The notes beneath the pieces are model-generated. The model had not been told where the DNA came from and searched no databases. It saw only the letters and a list, made by a program, of their open reading frames with translations. A program made the position numbers and the translations under genes. A stretch of 64,000 bases of DNA, from assembly GCF_035594765.1 (NCBI RefSeq), contig NC_085842.1, positions 272,661,749 to 272,725,748 on the forward strand, read 5' to 3'. This DNA comes from Anolis carolinensis. Taxonomy: Eukaryota. This document shows, one piece after another, positions 52,210 to 63,447 of this stretch (positions are counted from its first letter, which is position 1; every line of letters begins with the position of its first letter).

Positions 52210-54309
52210 TCTTTCACTCTGAGCTAAGACTTGTAGTCTTCTCCGATCTATGGAGAACTCTTGGATGGATTCACAAAAGAATTCCCTGTCGGACATCAAC
52301 GGTGACATTTCCTTCAAGTCCATGCCATCCTCATGCTATGCCTGTAATTTCACTACCTCCTTGAAGTGGACGGGCATTAAAACATGGAGGATGGACCAGT
52401 TGGATCTTCTTACACTCCCAGGCACTGTCCTGTTTTTCAAAAAGCAATTATTTTCAAAAGTGCCATTCTTCCCACGCTCTGCCTTCCTTACGGTCAAGCT
52501 CTCACATCCACAGGTTGCTGGGGTATGGCATTGCGATGACAATGCGAGTATGCGGTCCTCCAATGTTTGCGTGAAGTCTCTGCTCTTATTTTGTCAAGTG
52601 TAGACATAGCTCTGCAAAACCTCTACTAACTTGCAGGCCACAGTCCGCACCTACAGTGATATGTCGCAAGAATAAATAAAACGTCTGTCAAACCCTCCCC
52701 ATCCAATCCATGTTGTTGACAGTTATAAATCTGTGTGGTTCCCTTTGGCTTCCTTCTCTTACAACCCAGCTTTGGTCCTTTCTTCTTTCACCTTTGAGAG
52801 AAGGCTCCTCTGCCCCTACTCTCTTTCAGCCAGCAGACTGTTATCTCATACCATAGGTTGTAAATGTGCCTTTCATAAATTTTAAATCCTGCCTACAGGT
52901 CCTCTAGCCACGCATGTCGCATTTAATGTTCCACACAAACAGCTAGATGATTCCAGAGGCTGAACTTATGCGGCCCTGCCGCAACCCGTTCCGAATCATG
53001 AAAACAGCGGTTGATCCGTTTTCTGTTCCCAGCATGTCAACTAACACTTTTCGTGGGACAGACTAGGTGACTTGGAATTCCCAAATAACCCAGCACATTC
53101 CATTAATTATCCTCCAAGCAGTTCAAGGCTTTGAAGAGAGTATTCAACATGGCCGACGATGGTGTGACCCCTTGCAGCAGCTTGCCGAGTGACCGATCTG
53201 AGAATACTCTTCCTCGAGGCCAAACTCCCGGTCCTGGAATATCAAGAAATCCCTTCGAAGCGAGGAGGACTCTCAGAGAGTTTATAAAACGATCAATGTT
53301 AAATGATTAAAAAAAATTCTATTTCCCACCAACATCTCCCTGCGTGGACTCGGTGCGGACTACTTGGGGCAGCGGCCCAAGCAACATAAGGACAAAATAA
53401 AATAAAATAATTTAGAATTAATTTTTTTTAATGAAAGTAATAAAATAATTTTATGTCTTGACATCATAAAATATTACGATACTTGCAGAAATGTCTGCTG
53501 TGCAAAAGTATCAGGTACACTTTTCCAACACTTTTGCTGAAACAGTCCAGGACAATTCTTAGCGTTTTGTATTTGAAAATGAGGACTGTGTTTTGACGGA
53601 TGAGACGAAAGGTGGTTTACAAGCCAAATTTGTTAACGCAGCCATCGTTAAATGTGGGACACCCTGCCCAAAGCCTCTTGTCATTTAGGATAAAGAAAAC
53701 ATTTTATTTATCTCCCACCCCTTTACAATGCTTTTACAATATGGGATAACTGAAATCCCACAATGACAGGGATAAACCTTTTTTTAATGGATCCCAGCCA
53801 TTGCCTGCTACAAGTTTTATCTCTATGTGTGTGTCTGAGAGGATAAGACACAGAAGGTAAGTATGTGATGCTAATCTTCTGCAGACCCATAAGTAGAGAA
53901 ACAAACCACTCAGAAACTCTGTATTGCTATTAAAAACAATGAGTTATGTCTTCATGGTTTCTTTTGTCTCAACATTTGTGCTATGTTTTAGTTCTTTGGA
54001 TTCATTTCTACTCCATAAAGACAATATCTTTCATTATTTTACATCCACAACTTTACTGAAACTGTATACCAACAGAAGTCATTTCCCTCTTTCCAGCTCA
54101 GCTGCTAGAGATCTTTTTTTTTTAAATTTTTATTTATGAGTGTTTTGTGATACATAAAACAAAAGGGAAGGAAGAGAAAAAAAGAAGAAGAAGAAAAAAA
54201 GCCCCACCCCTCTTGACCTTCCAGAACTTTTACATGACAACATTTTTAACTCTATCTTAACGGCGTCCATGGGGATAATCCCAAGGTAATTTCATACCAT
54301 AAATCGTCT

Positions 54310-57300
54310 TCAGTTCATTCTTTCTTTTTCTATGTATTCACTCAGTAGATTCCATTTTGTCTCTCGCCTGGTTGCACTGTCCTGTTTTAAAAATTGAGTT
54401 AGTAAGTCCATGTTTCTGATGTCCAAAAGTTTCAGAAACTAGTTTTCTTTAGGTGGGATTTCTTGTGACTTCCACATTTTTGCCAGGCTTATCCTAGCTG
54501 CCGTCACCATATATGTAAATAGCTTTTCTGTATTATAGTCCATCTGAAAGTCCGTTATTCCTAACAGGAAATACTCCGGCTTGATATCGAATTTCATTTT
54601 GATTATTTTCTCCATTTCTTTATGTATAGTTTGCCAATATTTTTTGACCTTTTTACACCTCCACCACATATGCATGAAATCACCTATATGCTTTCCGCAT
54701 TTCCAACATTTGTCATCCCTTTTCCCTTTACTCATTTTTACAAGCTTTTCTGGGGTTAGGTACCACCTATAGAATACCTTGTACCAGTTTTCTTTTATTT
54801 CTGCCGCATATGTGTATTTGATTTTTGTTTTCCATATTTTTTCCCATTCTGACATGCTTATCGATCGCCCTATCTCTCTCGCCCACTTCGTCATTACCTC
54901 TTTAACCTGCACATCTTCCGTTTCCCATATTAACAACTGATTGTATAATATTTTAATTATTTTCTTTTCTGATTTTAACATTTTATCCCAACAGGTTTCA
55001 TTCTTTTCAAATCCTATCTTGCAATCCTCTTTAAAACTTTCATTTATTTGCCAGTAATTCAACCATGTCATTTTTGGTTCCAGCTGTCTTATTTCTTCAT
55101 ATCTTTTCAATTTAATTTCTTGATTCTCTACCTTTAACATCTGTCCATACGTTAGCCAATTCTCTCTTGGTGTTTCCCTTCTGTGCTCTGCTTCTAAAGG
55201 TGAGTACCACATCGGGGTCTTTGCATAAAATCTTCTTTTATACCTATACCAAGTTCCTATCAGGGCTGATCTTAGGTAGTGGTTTCTAAAGTTTTTTTCC
55301 TTTTTGTCTTTTTCTTTCCATAAATAGCTATGCCATCCCTTGTTTAAATCATATCCTTCCAGATCTAGTGTTCTCTTATCTTTTAGATTGGCCCAATCTC
55401 TGATCCAGTTCAATGCTGCTGCATCGTAGTATAATTGTAGATCTGGTAACCCCAGCCCTCCTCTTTTCACGTCATCTTTCAAATGTTTTAAAGCAATTCT
55501 GGCCTTTTTACCTTCCCACAAAAATCTACTTATTTCTTTATGCCAGTTTTGGATCATTTTTTTATTTTTTAGGACCGGTATATTTTGAAAAAGAAATAAA
55601 ACCTCCGGCAAAATTTTCATCTTAACTACAGCTATTTTACCCAATAATGAGAGTTTAAGAAACCCCCATTTTTTCATTTTTTCCCTTATCTCCCTCCATT
55701 TCTTTTCATAATTGTTTTTTTGTAGCTGAGCATTACTTGCCATCAGCTCTATCCCTAAATATTTTATCTTTTTCACAATCTCTATCCCCGTTTTCACTTC
55801 AAGATTTTCCTTGTTCTTCTGTGACATATTTTTTGTTAAAATTTTTGTTTTTTCGCGGTTGATCTTCAATCCTGCTACTTCCCCGAAGTTCCCAATTACC
55901 TCCCACCAACCTTCAAACTGCTCTAGTGGATTCTCTATCAAGCAAACTACGTCGTCGGCAAAGGCGCGGATTTTATAGTTATGGTTTCTTACTCTTAAGC
56001 CTTGAAGATCTTTGTTTTTCCTGATTGCTTCCAATAGAACTTCCAGAGTCATCACAAACAATAGCGGGGAGAGTGGGCACCCCTGCCTTGTTCCTTTGTT
56101 TATCTTAATACTACTTGACAGTTTCCCATTTGTTATTATTCTTGCCGTTTGTTGAGTGTAAATTGCCTTTACTGCCTTTATAAAGAAAAAACCTGCATCC
56201 ATTTCTCTAAGAATTTCTAACATGCAATACCAGTTGACGTTATCAAATGCCTTTTCAGCGTCTAGAAATAAAAATGCTATTTCCTTTTGAGGATTTTTAT
56301 CGTAATATTCTATGGCATTCAAAATGTTTCTGATGTTTTCCTTCATATGTCTACCTGGTAAAAAGCCTGTTTGATCGTTCTTAATTCTTTCCTTTAGTAT
56401 CTCTTTAAGTCTTGCTGCTAAGATACTTGTAAATATTTTGTAATCGGTGTTCAGAAGCGATATTGGTCTGTAATTCTTTACCTTGGTATTATCTGCCTTT
56501 TCCTTTGGTAATAATGTAATATTTGCACTTTTCCAGGTTGCTGGGATTATTCCTTCTTCTAATATTTTATTCATAACCTTTTGGAGTGGGGTGGTTAAAA
56601 TCTCCTTAAATGTTTTATAGTATAGCATTGTGAATCCATCGGGTCCCGGTGCTTTATTAGATGGAAGTTTTTTGATGACTCTATTTATTTCCTCTTGTGT
56701 TACCTTCCTGTTTAGAGTCTCTCTCTGGCTTTCAGTGATCCTTGGAATTTCTTGCTTTCCTAGATATTCTGTAATCCTTTCTTTTGGAATCTTATCTTCT
56801 GAATATAATCTTTCATAATACTGTAGGAATTGCTTCTCTATATCCTCATTATTGTAATACGTTTTCTCCCCTTCATGTATCTTATTAATTATATTTGCCT
56901 GCTTTTTTTTATTTATCCTCCTTGCCAACCATCTACCTACTTTATTCGCGTTTTCGAAATGGTATTGTCTAGTATATTTTAATTTTTTTCCTATTTCCTC
57001 CACATGCAATGCCTCTATTTCTTTCCTGGCCACTTCAATTTTTAATTTAATTTCTTTATCTTGGGGTTTTCCTTTTAGTTTAGTTTCTAATTTCTCCATG
57101 TCCTCTAGTAAATTCCTGTATCTTAAAGATCTTGCTTTGTTCATTATGACATTATGCTGTATCATCAGTCCTCTTATGTACGCCTTGCTGGCGTCCCATA
57201 TCACTTCAATTGGTGTATCCTCCTCCTTGTTGTTTTCGAAGTATTCGTGTAGTAATTCTCTATATCTATTTTGGTCCGATGCCTTTTTTAATAGTAAATC

Positions 57301-58060
57301 ATTTATTCTCCAATTAAATTCTTTATTTCTCTCCCCTTTATTCTCTATTGTCATTTCTAAAGGAGAGTGGTCTGAATTTAGTCTGGGCAGTATTTTAATT
57401 TTGCTTACTTGACTCGTTATTGACTTTGTACCCCATATCATATCTATCCGAGTCCAAGTTGAGTGTCTGTGAGAGAGAAATGTATAATCTCTTTCGTCTG
57501 CATGTTTAAACCTCCATATATCTTGTAGTCTGAGATCTTCTTTCATTTTTTAAATTTTTTGGGCAATTCTCCTATAGCTTTCCCTTCCCTAATTTTCCCC
57601 TGTTTAGATTTATCCAATTTTGCGTTCAATACCCCGTTAAAATCTCCCATTAGTAGAAGGTCATCATATTCCTGTTCCAATATTTTTTCAAATAACATTT
57701 CTACAAACTTTGTTTTACTCCCATTGGGGACGTATATATTACAAATTAAGATTTTCTTCCCTTCCCTTTCTATCATGACCCCTAACATCCTCCCTTCATG
57801 GTCGTTGAATATTTTTCTAGAAGGAATCTTGTCATTCACATATGTTACTACCCCCCTTTTTTTTCCGCGCACGATGCATAGTATGTTGTTCCTAGATTCT
57901 TTTGTGTTAAATGTGCAACATGTCTGCTTGAAATATGTGTTTCTTGCATACAAATCACATCATATTTCCCTTTTTTCAATTGATGCCATATTTTACTTCT
58001 TTTATTAGGAGAATTAAAACCATTAATGTTGTTTGAATATATTTTAATTCCTTGCGCCAT
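54310..58060 (-). pseudogene. L1 ORF2 (APE endonuclease, reverse transcriptase, CCHC), disrupted
   Basis: NINGFN, MQETH, MGDFN, RIDMIW, SDH, APGPDGF, YRPISLLN, GTRQGCPLSP, FADD and CWKC..H..C motifs. Two 1-nt frameshifts (~57860, ~57548) and a premature TAG at 54439-54441; the frame continues to TGA at 54310. Confidence 0.93.
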
Positions 58061-59129
58061 CGTCTTCTTTTACTGCACTAACCTTATCTACTATCCCTCT
58101 CTCGAAATCCATTAAATTTATAAAATCTTCTGGTGATTTTTCTCTTATTCTTTTCTTTTGTCTACCTATCTCTTCGTCCTTATCCCCTCCCTCCTCCCCC
58201 CTCTCTCCCCCCTCCCTCCTCCCCTCCTGCTCTTCTCCCCCTGCTCCCTTCCTCAGATGTTTGTCGTAAAAAGCTCTTGCTTTATGTTCACTTATTATCC
58301 AATGCCTGTTCCCTTCCCATGTCAGCATCAGGCCTTCCTTTTTCTCCCACTTAAATCTTATATTCCTTTTTCTTAATTCATCTGTCAAGAAAAAATACTT
58401 GCGTCTTTTTTCCAATACTGATACGGGGTGTTCTTTGAGTATTGCTATTTTGTTTCCTCTATCAATTGTTGGGTTGTTGGCGTTTCCCTTCAAAACCTCA
58501 TCTCTCAGATTCTTTTTACAAAAATGAACTAATACATCTCTTGGGGTGTTATATTTTTTGGCATAATTTGATTGTATTCTGTACACTCTATCTATATTGA
58601 TATCCACCCCTTCTCTTGTTTTTTGTGTAATATTTGATACAATTTCCACAATCTTGTCCCTTATATTTTCGTTTTTTTCCTCTCTTAGATTTCGAAATCT
58701 CAATTGGAATTCTTTTTCTTTTGATTCTAAAATTTCCTGCTGTGTCTTCACTATATTTATTGTTTTCTCAATTGCCCCCATCTCTTTTCTCAGGACTCCT
58801 TGTTGTTTTTTAATTATTTCCACTTCCTTTTCCCTTTCTTTACAGCCTTCTTTCGTTAGCTCTAAATCTTCTCTTATTCTATTTATTTCCTCCTTTACTA
58901 GAGTTTGTATTTCTTCCTTTATATCCCTTTTCATCTCTGTCATCTCTTCTCTCATCTTGAGATATTGTCTATCTTGTTTTTCCTGAATTTTAGTTACCTC
59001 TGTTTGTAATTTTAAAATCTCCATCATCACATCTTTGATGCTATACTCATCTGTCAGCGTTTCCTTTCTTACACTTATACTTCCTCTCCTTTCCTTATCC
59101 TTGTCTATCTTTGTTTTTGGTATATTCAT
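58044..59129 (-). CDS. L1 ORF1p (coiled coil, RRM, CTD), 361 aa
   Basis: Long E/K-rich heptad region, then LRFRNLRE, IDRVYRI and PRDVLVHF. It overlaps the ORF2 start by 17 nt. Confidence 0.9.
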   Translation of the reverse strand: MNIPKTKIDKDKERRGSISVRKETLTDEYSIKDVMMEILKLQTEVTKIQEKQDRQYLKMREEMTEMKRDIKEEIQTLVKEEINRIREDLELTKEGCKEREKEVEIIKKQQGVLRKEMGAIEKTINIVKTQQEILESKEKEFQLRFRNLREEKNENIRDKIVEIVSNITQKTREGVDINIDRVYRIQSNYAKKYNTPRDVLVHFCKKNLRDEVLKGNANNPTIDRGNKIAILKEHPVSVLEKRRKYFFLTDELRKRNIRFKWEKKEGLMLTWEGNRHWIISEHKARAFYDKHLRKGAGGEEQEGRREGGERGEEGGDKDEEIGRQKKRIREKSPEDFINLMDFERGIVDKVSAVKEDDGARN

Positions 59130-60354
59130 GGCTTCTAAAAATCCTTTCAGATACTCCCCTCTCTACTCCCCCACTCCTCCCCGTTCCCTCCCCCAAGGGA
59201 GAAAAAGACAAAAAAAAAAAGTAAGCCCCAATTCTCCCCTGAGAGAGCAGAGGAGTGATATGTTATTTTGATAGTGTTGGTACTACTACACTACACCACC
59301 CTCTGCACGCCTCCTTAATCCCTCCAGTCCACTCATGCACCTTTATCAGTATTGCAATACCCCATTTACCCTCCCAGTTTACGGTTCACCTCGATCGAAT
59401 ATTGCTCATTTAACAGGTATGATGTATCTTGACCTTTACTGTCCTCTATGCCTCGGCCACTCTGTTGGTCCTGAGGATCCTGAAGGCTTCCTTTTATTTG
59501 CCCTTGGCTTTCGGAGCTCCACGCCGCCGTTTCCTCCTTCCTCCTTACGCTCCCTCCACTCTTTCCTTCCCGCAGCGCCCTCGCGTCCTCGCGTCGCGTC
59601 ACGCCAATCTTTACGTTGCTGCGTTGCTGCGTTGCTGCGTCTTGCGTCTTACGTCTGACGTTTCCGTCATCCTGACATCCTGGTGTCCGACGTCCCGTTT
59701 CCGGCGTCCTGTGCCTCTCTGTCCGGCCCCGATCCGTCGTCTCCTCTCCTCCCCTCTCCTCACCTCTCCTCACCGGATCTTCCCTTCTTCCCTGCTGTCG
59801 GCCTTCTGCCACCGGTTAGTTGTTCAATTATTTATATTTATATTTAGTTTCCACCTTCCCGCTTGTTGTTCCCCCATACTTAGTCCATGTAACAGCAAAA
59901 TAAGGTGAAATAAGGTGAAATGAATTCAAAACAAACAGTCCTCACCTTCCCTTTAAGTCTTTGTATGTTGTATACTATCCTTGCGGACAATGCAAATTAG
60001 AGTCCAGTTCTCAGTTCCTTCCAAGCATGAATAGCCTCCGCTTTGCCGTTGTCCGTTTCTTTTTTCACGCAAAGTTCTTTTTTCTTCAATACCAATTCTA
60101 CCCTTTTTCTTCTTGAGTTTAAAATAATGGCAGGCGTTCTATCCCAGCCGTACCTGGGTGCCTCACCGCACTCCGCCTTCCTTAGCACCTCCTCACCTGA
60201 AGCCCTCTTATGAGGTGCCTCTGGGTTTCAGAAGTCCCACGGTTTCGCGCCTCACTGGTCTCCAACCATGAATGAGGGGGAGCCGCAAGCGGCTCGACCT
60301 GAGTGCCTGGTGAGGGCCGAACGCAAGATTTTGCAGAGAGATCCTCAGCGTTCG

Positions 60355-60389
60355 GCTGCGTCCGCCATCTTTGCCATTACCGGAAGTTC
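60355..60389 (-). promoter_or_regulatory. L1 internal promoter start with ETS-like (CCGGAAGT) and YY1-like (AAGATGGCG) sites
   Basis: Plus strand reads tccgccatctt...accggaagttc at the 5' end of the element, in CpG-rich context. Confidence 0.6.
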
Positions 60390-60469
60390 CAGCTGCTAGA
60401 GATCTTTAATAACACCAGACACACACAAGTCTTCCCTCTAGTTCAACTCCATAGAAACATTAACCTTAC

Positions 60470-60875
60470 ATCAGAGTCTTAAAACCTTCCACTTCCAAAA
60501 AGCCTTCGAGGACTGTGGGGTGGATCGCTGCCAGTGGAAGAATTGGTTGCCAGGCCAAGAGTATTTCACACTTTATTGATTTTTAACTCTCAAACTACCT
60601 CATCTCTGTGGAAGTATTCAGCCCTCGGCCCAGAGCCGTGTTTTTACACCACTGTTTTTTAAGCAGGTAATGCTGTATGCTGACTGTGACAGCTTTTTTA
60701 TTTTATGTGTTATTGATGCAACATTTTCTTTAATATATATAAAATTTTTGGGTTTAATTGTTCCCATTGTATTGTTGACAGGCACGCCCCATGGAAGCCG
60801 CTCAGAGTCCCTCCGGGAAGATGGGGCGGGGAATAAAAATAAAGATCTTACTGTTGTTATTATTATTATAATCAT
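60470..60875 (+). mobile_element. L2-like 3' end inside the hAT element
   Basis: LKTFHFQKAF-coding stretch, aagccgctcagagtccctccgggaagatggggcgggg hairpin and a (tta)n tail. Confidence 0.6.
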
Positions 60876-61036
60876 TATTGATGTGATGGTGGCCACGACT
60901 ACCCTGCGGCCAGCTTGCTTGTGTCCACCCGGTAGGGGTGCGGCCAGGGCCGCTGACGGTTTGCTGTCAGGGAGTGTGCCTTTGTGGCAGCTAGAGACTT
61001 TGGGGCTCTGGTCTGGTTGACACAGAAGTCAGTGGA

Positions 61037-61610
61037 GCTTGGGCCCACATTTCACTAGCAGACGTGAAGAAAACACGCCCTTCACCTTGGGTGGTGGGGA
61101 GGTGGTGTGGGGCCGGCCAACGGTGGCCGGCCGCCCTGGGCAGTGGGGCTTGGGCCCACATTTCACTAGCAGACGTGAAGAAAACAAGCCCTTCCCCTTG
61201 GGTGGTGGGGAGGTGGTGTGGGGCCGGCCAACGGTGGCCGGCCGCCCTGGGCAGTGGGGCTTGGGCCCACATTTCACTAGCAGACGTGAAGAAAACAAGC
61301 CCTTCCCCTTGGGTGGTGGGGAGGTGGCGTGGGGCCGGCCAACGGTGGCCGGCCCCCCTGGGCAGGGGGGCTTGGGCCCACATTTCACTAGCAGACGTGA
61401 AGAAAACAAGCCCTTCACCTTGGGTGGTGGGGAGGTGGTGTGGGGCCGGCCAACGGTGGCCGGCCGCCCTGGGCAGTGGGGCTTGGGCCCACATTTCACT
61501 AGCAGACGTGAAGAAAACAAGCCCTTCCCCTTGGGTGGTGGGGAGGTGGTGTGGGGCCGGCCAACGGTGGCCGGCCCCCCTGGGCAGTGGGGCTTGGGCC
61601 CACATTTCAC
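61037..61610 (+). repeat. Tandem repeat, 111-bp unit x5.2, G-rich
   Basis: gcttgggcccacatttcactagcagacgtg recurs every 111 bp with almost identical units. Confidence 0.97.
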
Positions 61611-62379
61611 CCTCTGTTTTTTTCTCTCTCTCTCTCTATAGGGGATGCATGCCGGTCAACTGTGGCCGGCTCAGGGTGGGGTCTTTGCTGCCTGCGGCTT
61701 TTTTCTTTCTTTTCTTTTTGCTGCCTCTAGGCCTACGTGGTCGAGTTTCCCACGATGCATCGCATCTCTCTTCTCTCGCAGCTGTCCCTCCGCACACGTT
61801 TGGGCAATTTTGCCCAGATCCTTCCTTTGGGGCGGGGTCCTCTGGTTTTTTTTTCTCTCTCTCTCTCTCTAGGGGATGCATGCCGGCCAAGTGTGGCCGG
61901 CTCAGCGTGTGGCCTTTGCTGCCTGCGGCTTTTTTCTTTCTTTTCTTTTTGCTGCCTCTCGGCCTACGTGGTCGAGTTTCCCACGATGCATCGCATCTCT
62001 CTTCTCTCGCTGCTGTCCCTCCGCACATATTTGGGCAATTTTTCCCAGATCCTTCCTTTGGGGCAGGGTCCTCTGGTTTTTTCTCTCTCTCTCTCTCTCT
62101 CTAGGGGATGCATGCCGGCCAACTGTGGCCGGCTCAGGCTGGGGTCTTTGCTGCCTGCGGCTTTTTTCTTTCTTTTCTTTTAGCTGCCTCTCGGCCTACG
62201 TGGTCGAGTTTCCCACGATGCATCGCATCTCTCTTCTCTCGCAGCTGTCCTTCCATTCATATTTGGGCAATTTTTCCCAGATCCTTCCTTTGGGGTGGGG
62301 TCCTCTGTTTTTTTTTTCTCTCTCTCTAGGGGATGCATGCCGGCCAACTGTGGCCGGCGCAGGGTGGGGTCTTTGCTGC
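61611..62379 (+). repeat. Tandem repeat, ~231-bp unit x3.3
   Basis: ggggatgcatgccgg at ~61641, 61872, 62104 and 62329; the (CT)n tract length varies between units. Confidence 0.95.
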
Positions 62380-63447
62380 TGAGATAGACATTGGGGTTCG
62401 GATCCCCACGGGGATTTTTTCTTTCTGCTTTTTTCTCCATCTTGGCCATTGCGGTTCGGATCACCACGTTGATTTTTTCTTTCTTTTGGCTGCAATTCTT
62501 CCCACTCCCCCTGCCAGTGCTTTTAATGGATCCAAACCCTCATGTGTATCTCTGCAGCTGAGCCCCCGCCCTACTGCTTTAGGGAAAGGGGCAGGGGTGT
62601 GGGATCCATGCCCCCATGTCTATTTCCGCAGTTTAAGCCCATGCCCTGCTACTTTGGGGAAAGGGGCGGGGGTGGGAGCCGGCCCACGGTGGCCGGCTCC
62701 CCAGGGGAGTGGGATCCAAGCCCCCATTTTGCCATCAGGCGATAAATCAAACCAACATCGCACAAATCTTACATTTCTTGGGAGGGGGAGGGGTTTGACC
62801 ACTGTGGTATAATGGCCTCCAATATGGATGCCTGGGGAAAGTCATTGCGCATTGTGGCAGGCAGCACAATGTGTCTCTTGGCCAATGGCCCCCAATGCCC
62901 TAACATTTTGACAGATTTACGGGCACTGAAACAATGTTACACAAGTAGAAGAAGGACTTTCACAGTGAAGGAACCCCTATTGAACAGGAAATAACAATTC
63001 AAAAGCAGGAACAGATTTTTTGCAATTGGTAAATAAAGTTTTTTTATATGAACTATAAAATTGCGCAATAAATCTTAGGAAAGGGCAAACGCTCTGCAAT
63101 TTTGCGAACAAGCAGGGTGGATTGTGTTCTCCCACTGTACCAAATTTGATCAGTATAGCTGAAAAAATGAGTGCAGGAGAGCCCCCTAACTCCCCCCCCT
63201 CTTGGGCTGTTTTTGGGGCACTGCGCATGCGCGTCCGCCATTAAGGAATTAATTTAGAAAATAATGAATTTTTATTAATTTCGAATTTTTTGGGGGGCAA
63301 AATTCGGAAATGACTTCAGAAACGAAACGCTACCCCCCTCTACTTTTGAAACGAGTTTAGAATCAATTTTTTCATGGATCGCTCAAGCCTAATATATATA
63401 TATCGTGAGTCCCTTTCTGTCTCAAATCTAGAGAGAAAAGTGGGGTG

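Larger units (their letters stand above)
54114..60389 (-). mobile_element. Full-length L1 retrotransposon
   Basis: TSD CAGCTGCTAGAGATC(TTT) at 54099 and 60390, a TCTTT/AA endonuclease site, AATAAA plus a short poly(A), a 5' end GAACTTCCGG...AAGATGGCGG, and ORF1 plus ORF2. Confidence 0.95.
46209..63391 (+). mobile_element. Giant composite hAT (Ac-family) DNA transposon, ~10.9 kb plus a 6.3-kb L1 insertion
   Basis: Termini ta(t)ggcttg... / ...caagccta, both flanked by (AT)n, compatible with an 8-bp ATATATAT TSD. Subterminal ttcg/cgtt motifs at both ends and an internal transposase. A diverged piece of the 275-bp repeat recurs beyond the L1 at ~60958-61015. Confidence 0.8.

Noticed and set aside
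59130-59370. Splice-mediated fusion of the L1 upstream ORF to ORF1 (donor ~59369, acceptor 59239)
   Set aside because: The phase is compatible, but an in-frame TAG at ~59164 precedes the ORF1 ATG.
47150-62379. CRISPR-like appearance of the repeat arrays
   Set aside because: The units are fully repeated with no unique spacers, there are no cas genes, and the context is eukaryotic.
60991-62382. Long ORFs (200-346 aa) in several frames over the 111-bp and 231-bp arrays
   Set aside because: The 111-bp period is a multiple of 3 and GC-rich, so frames are open on both strands. No domain is recognisable, so I treat these as repeat artefacts.
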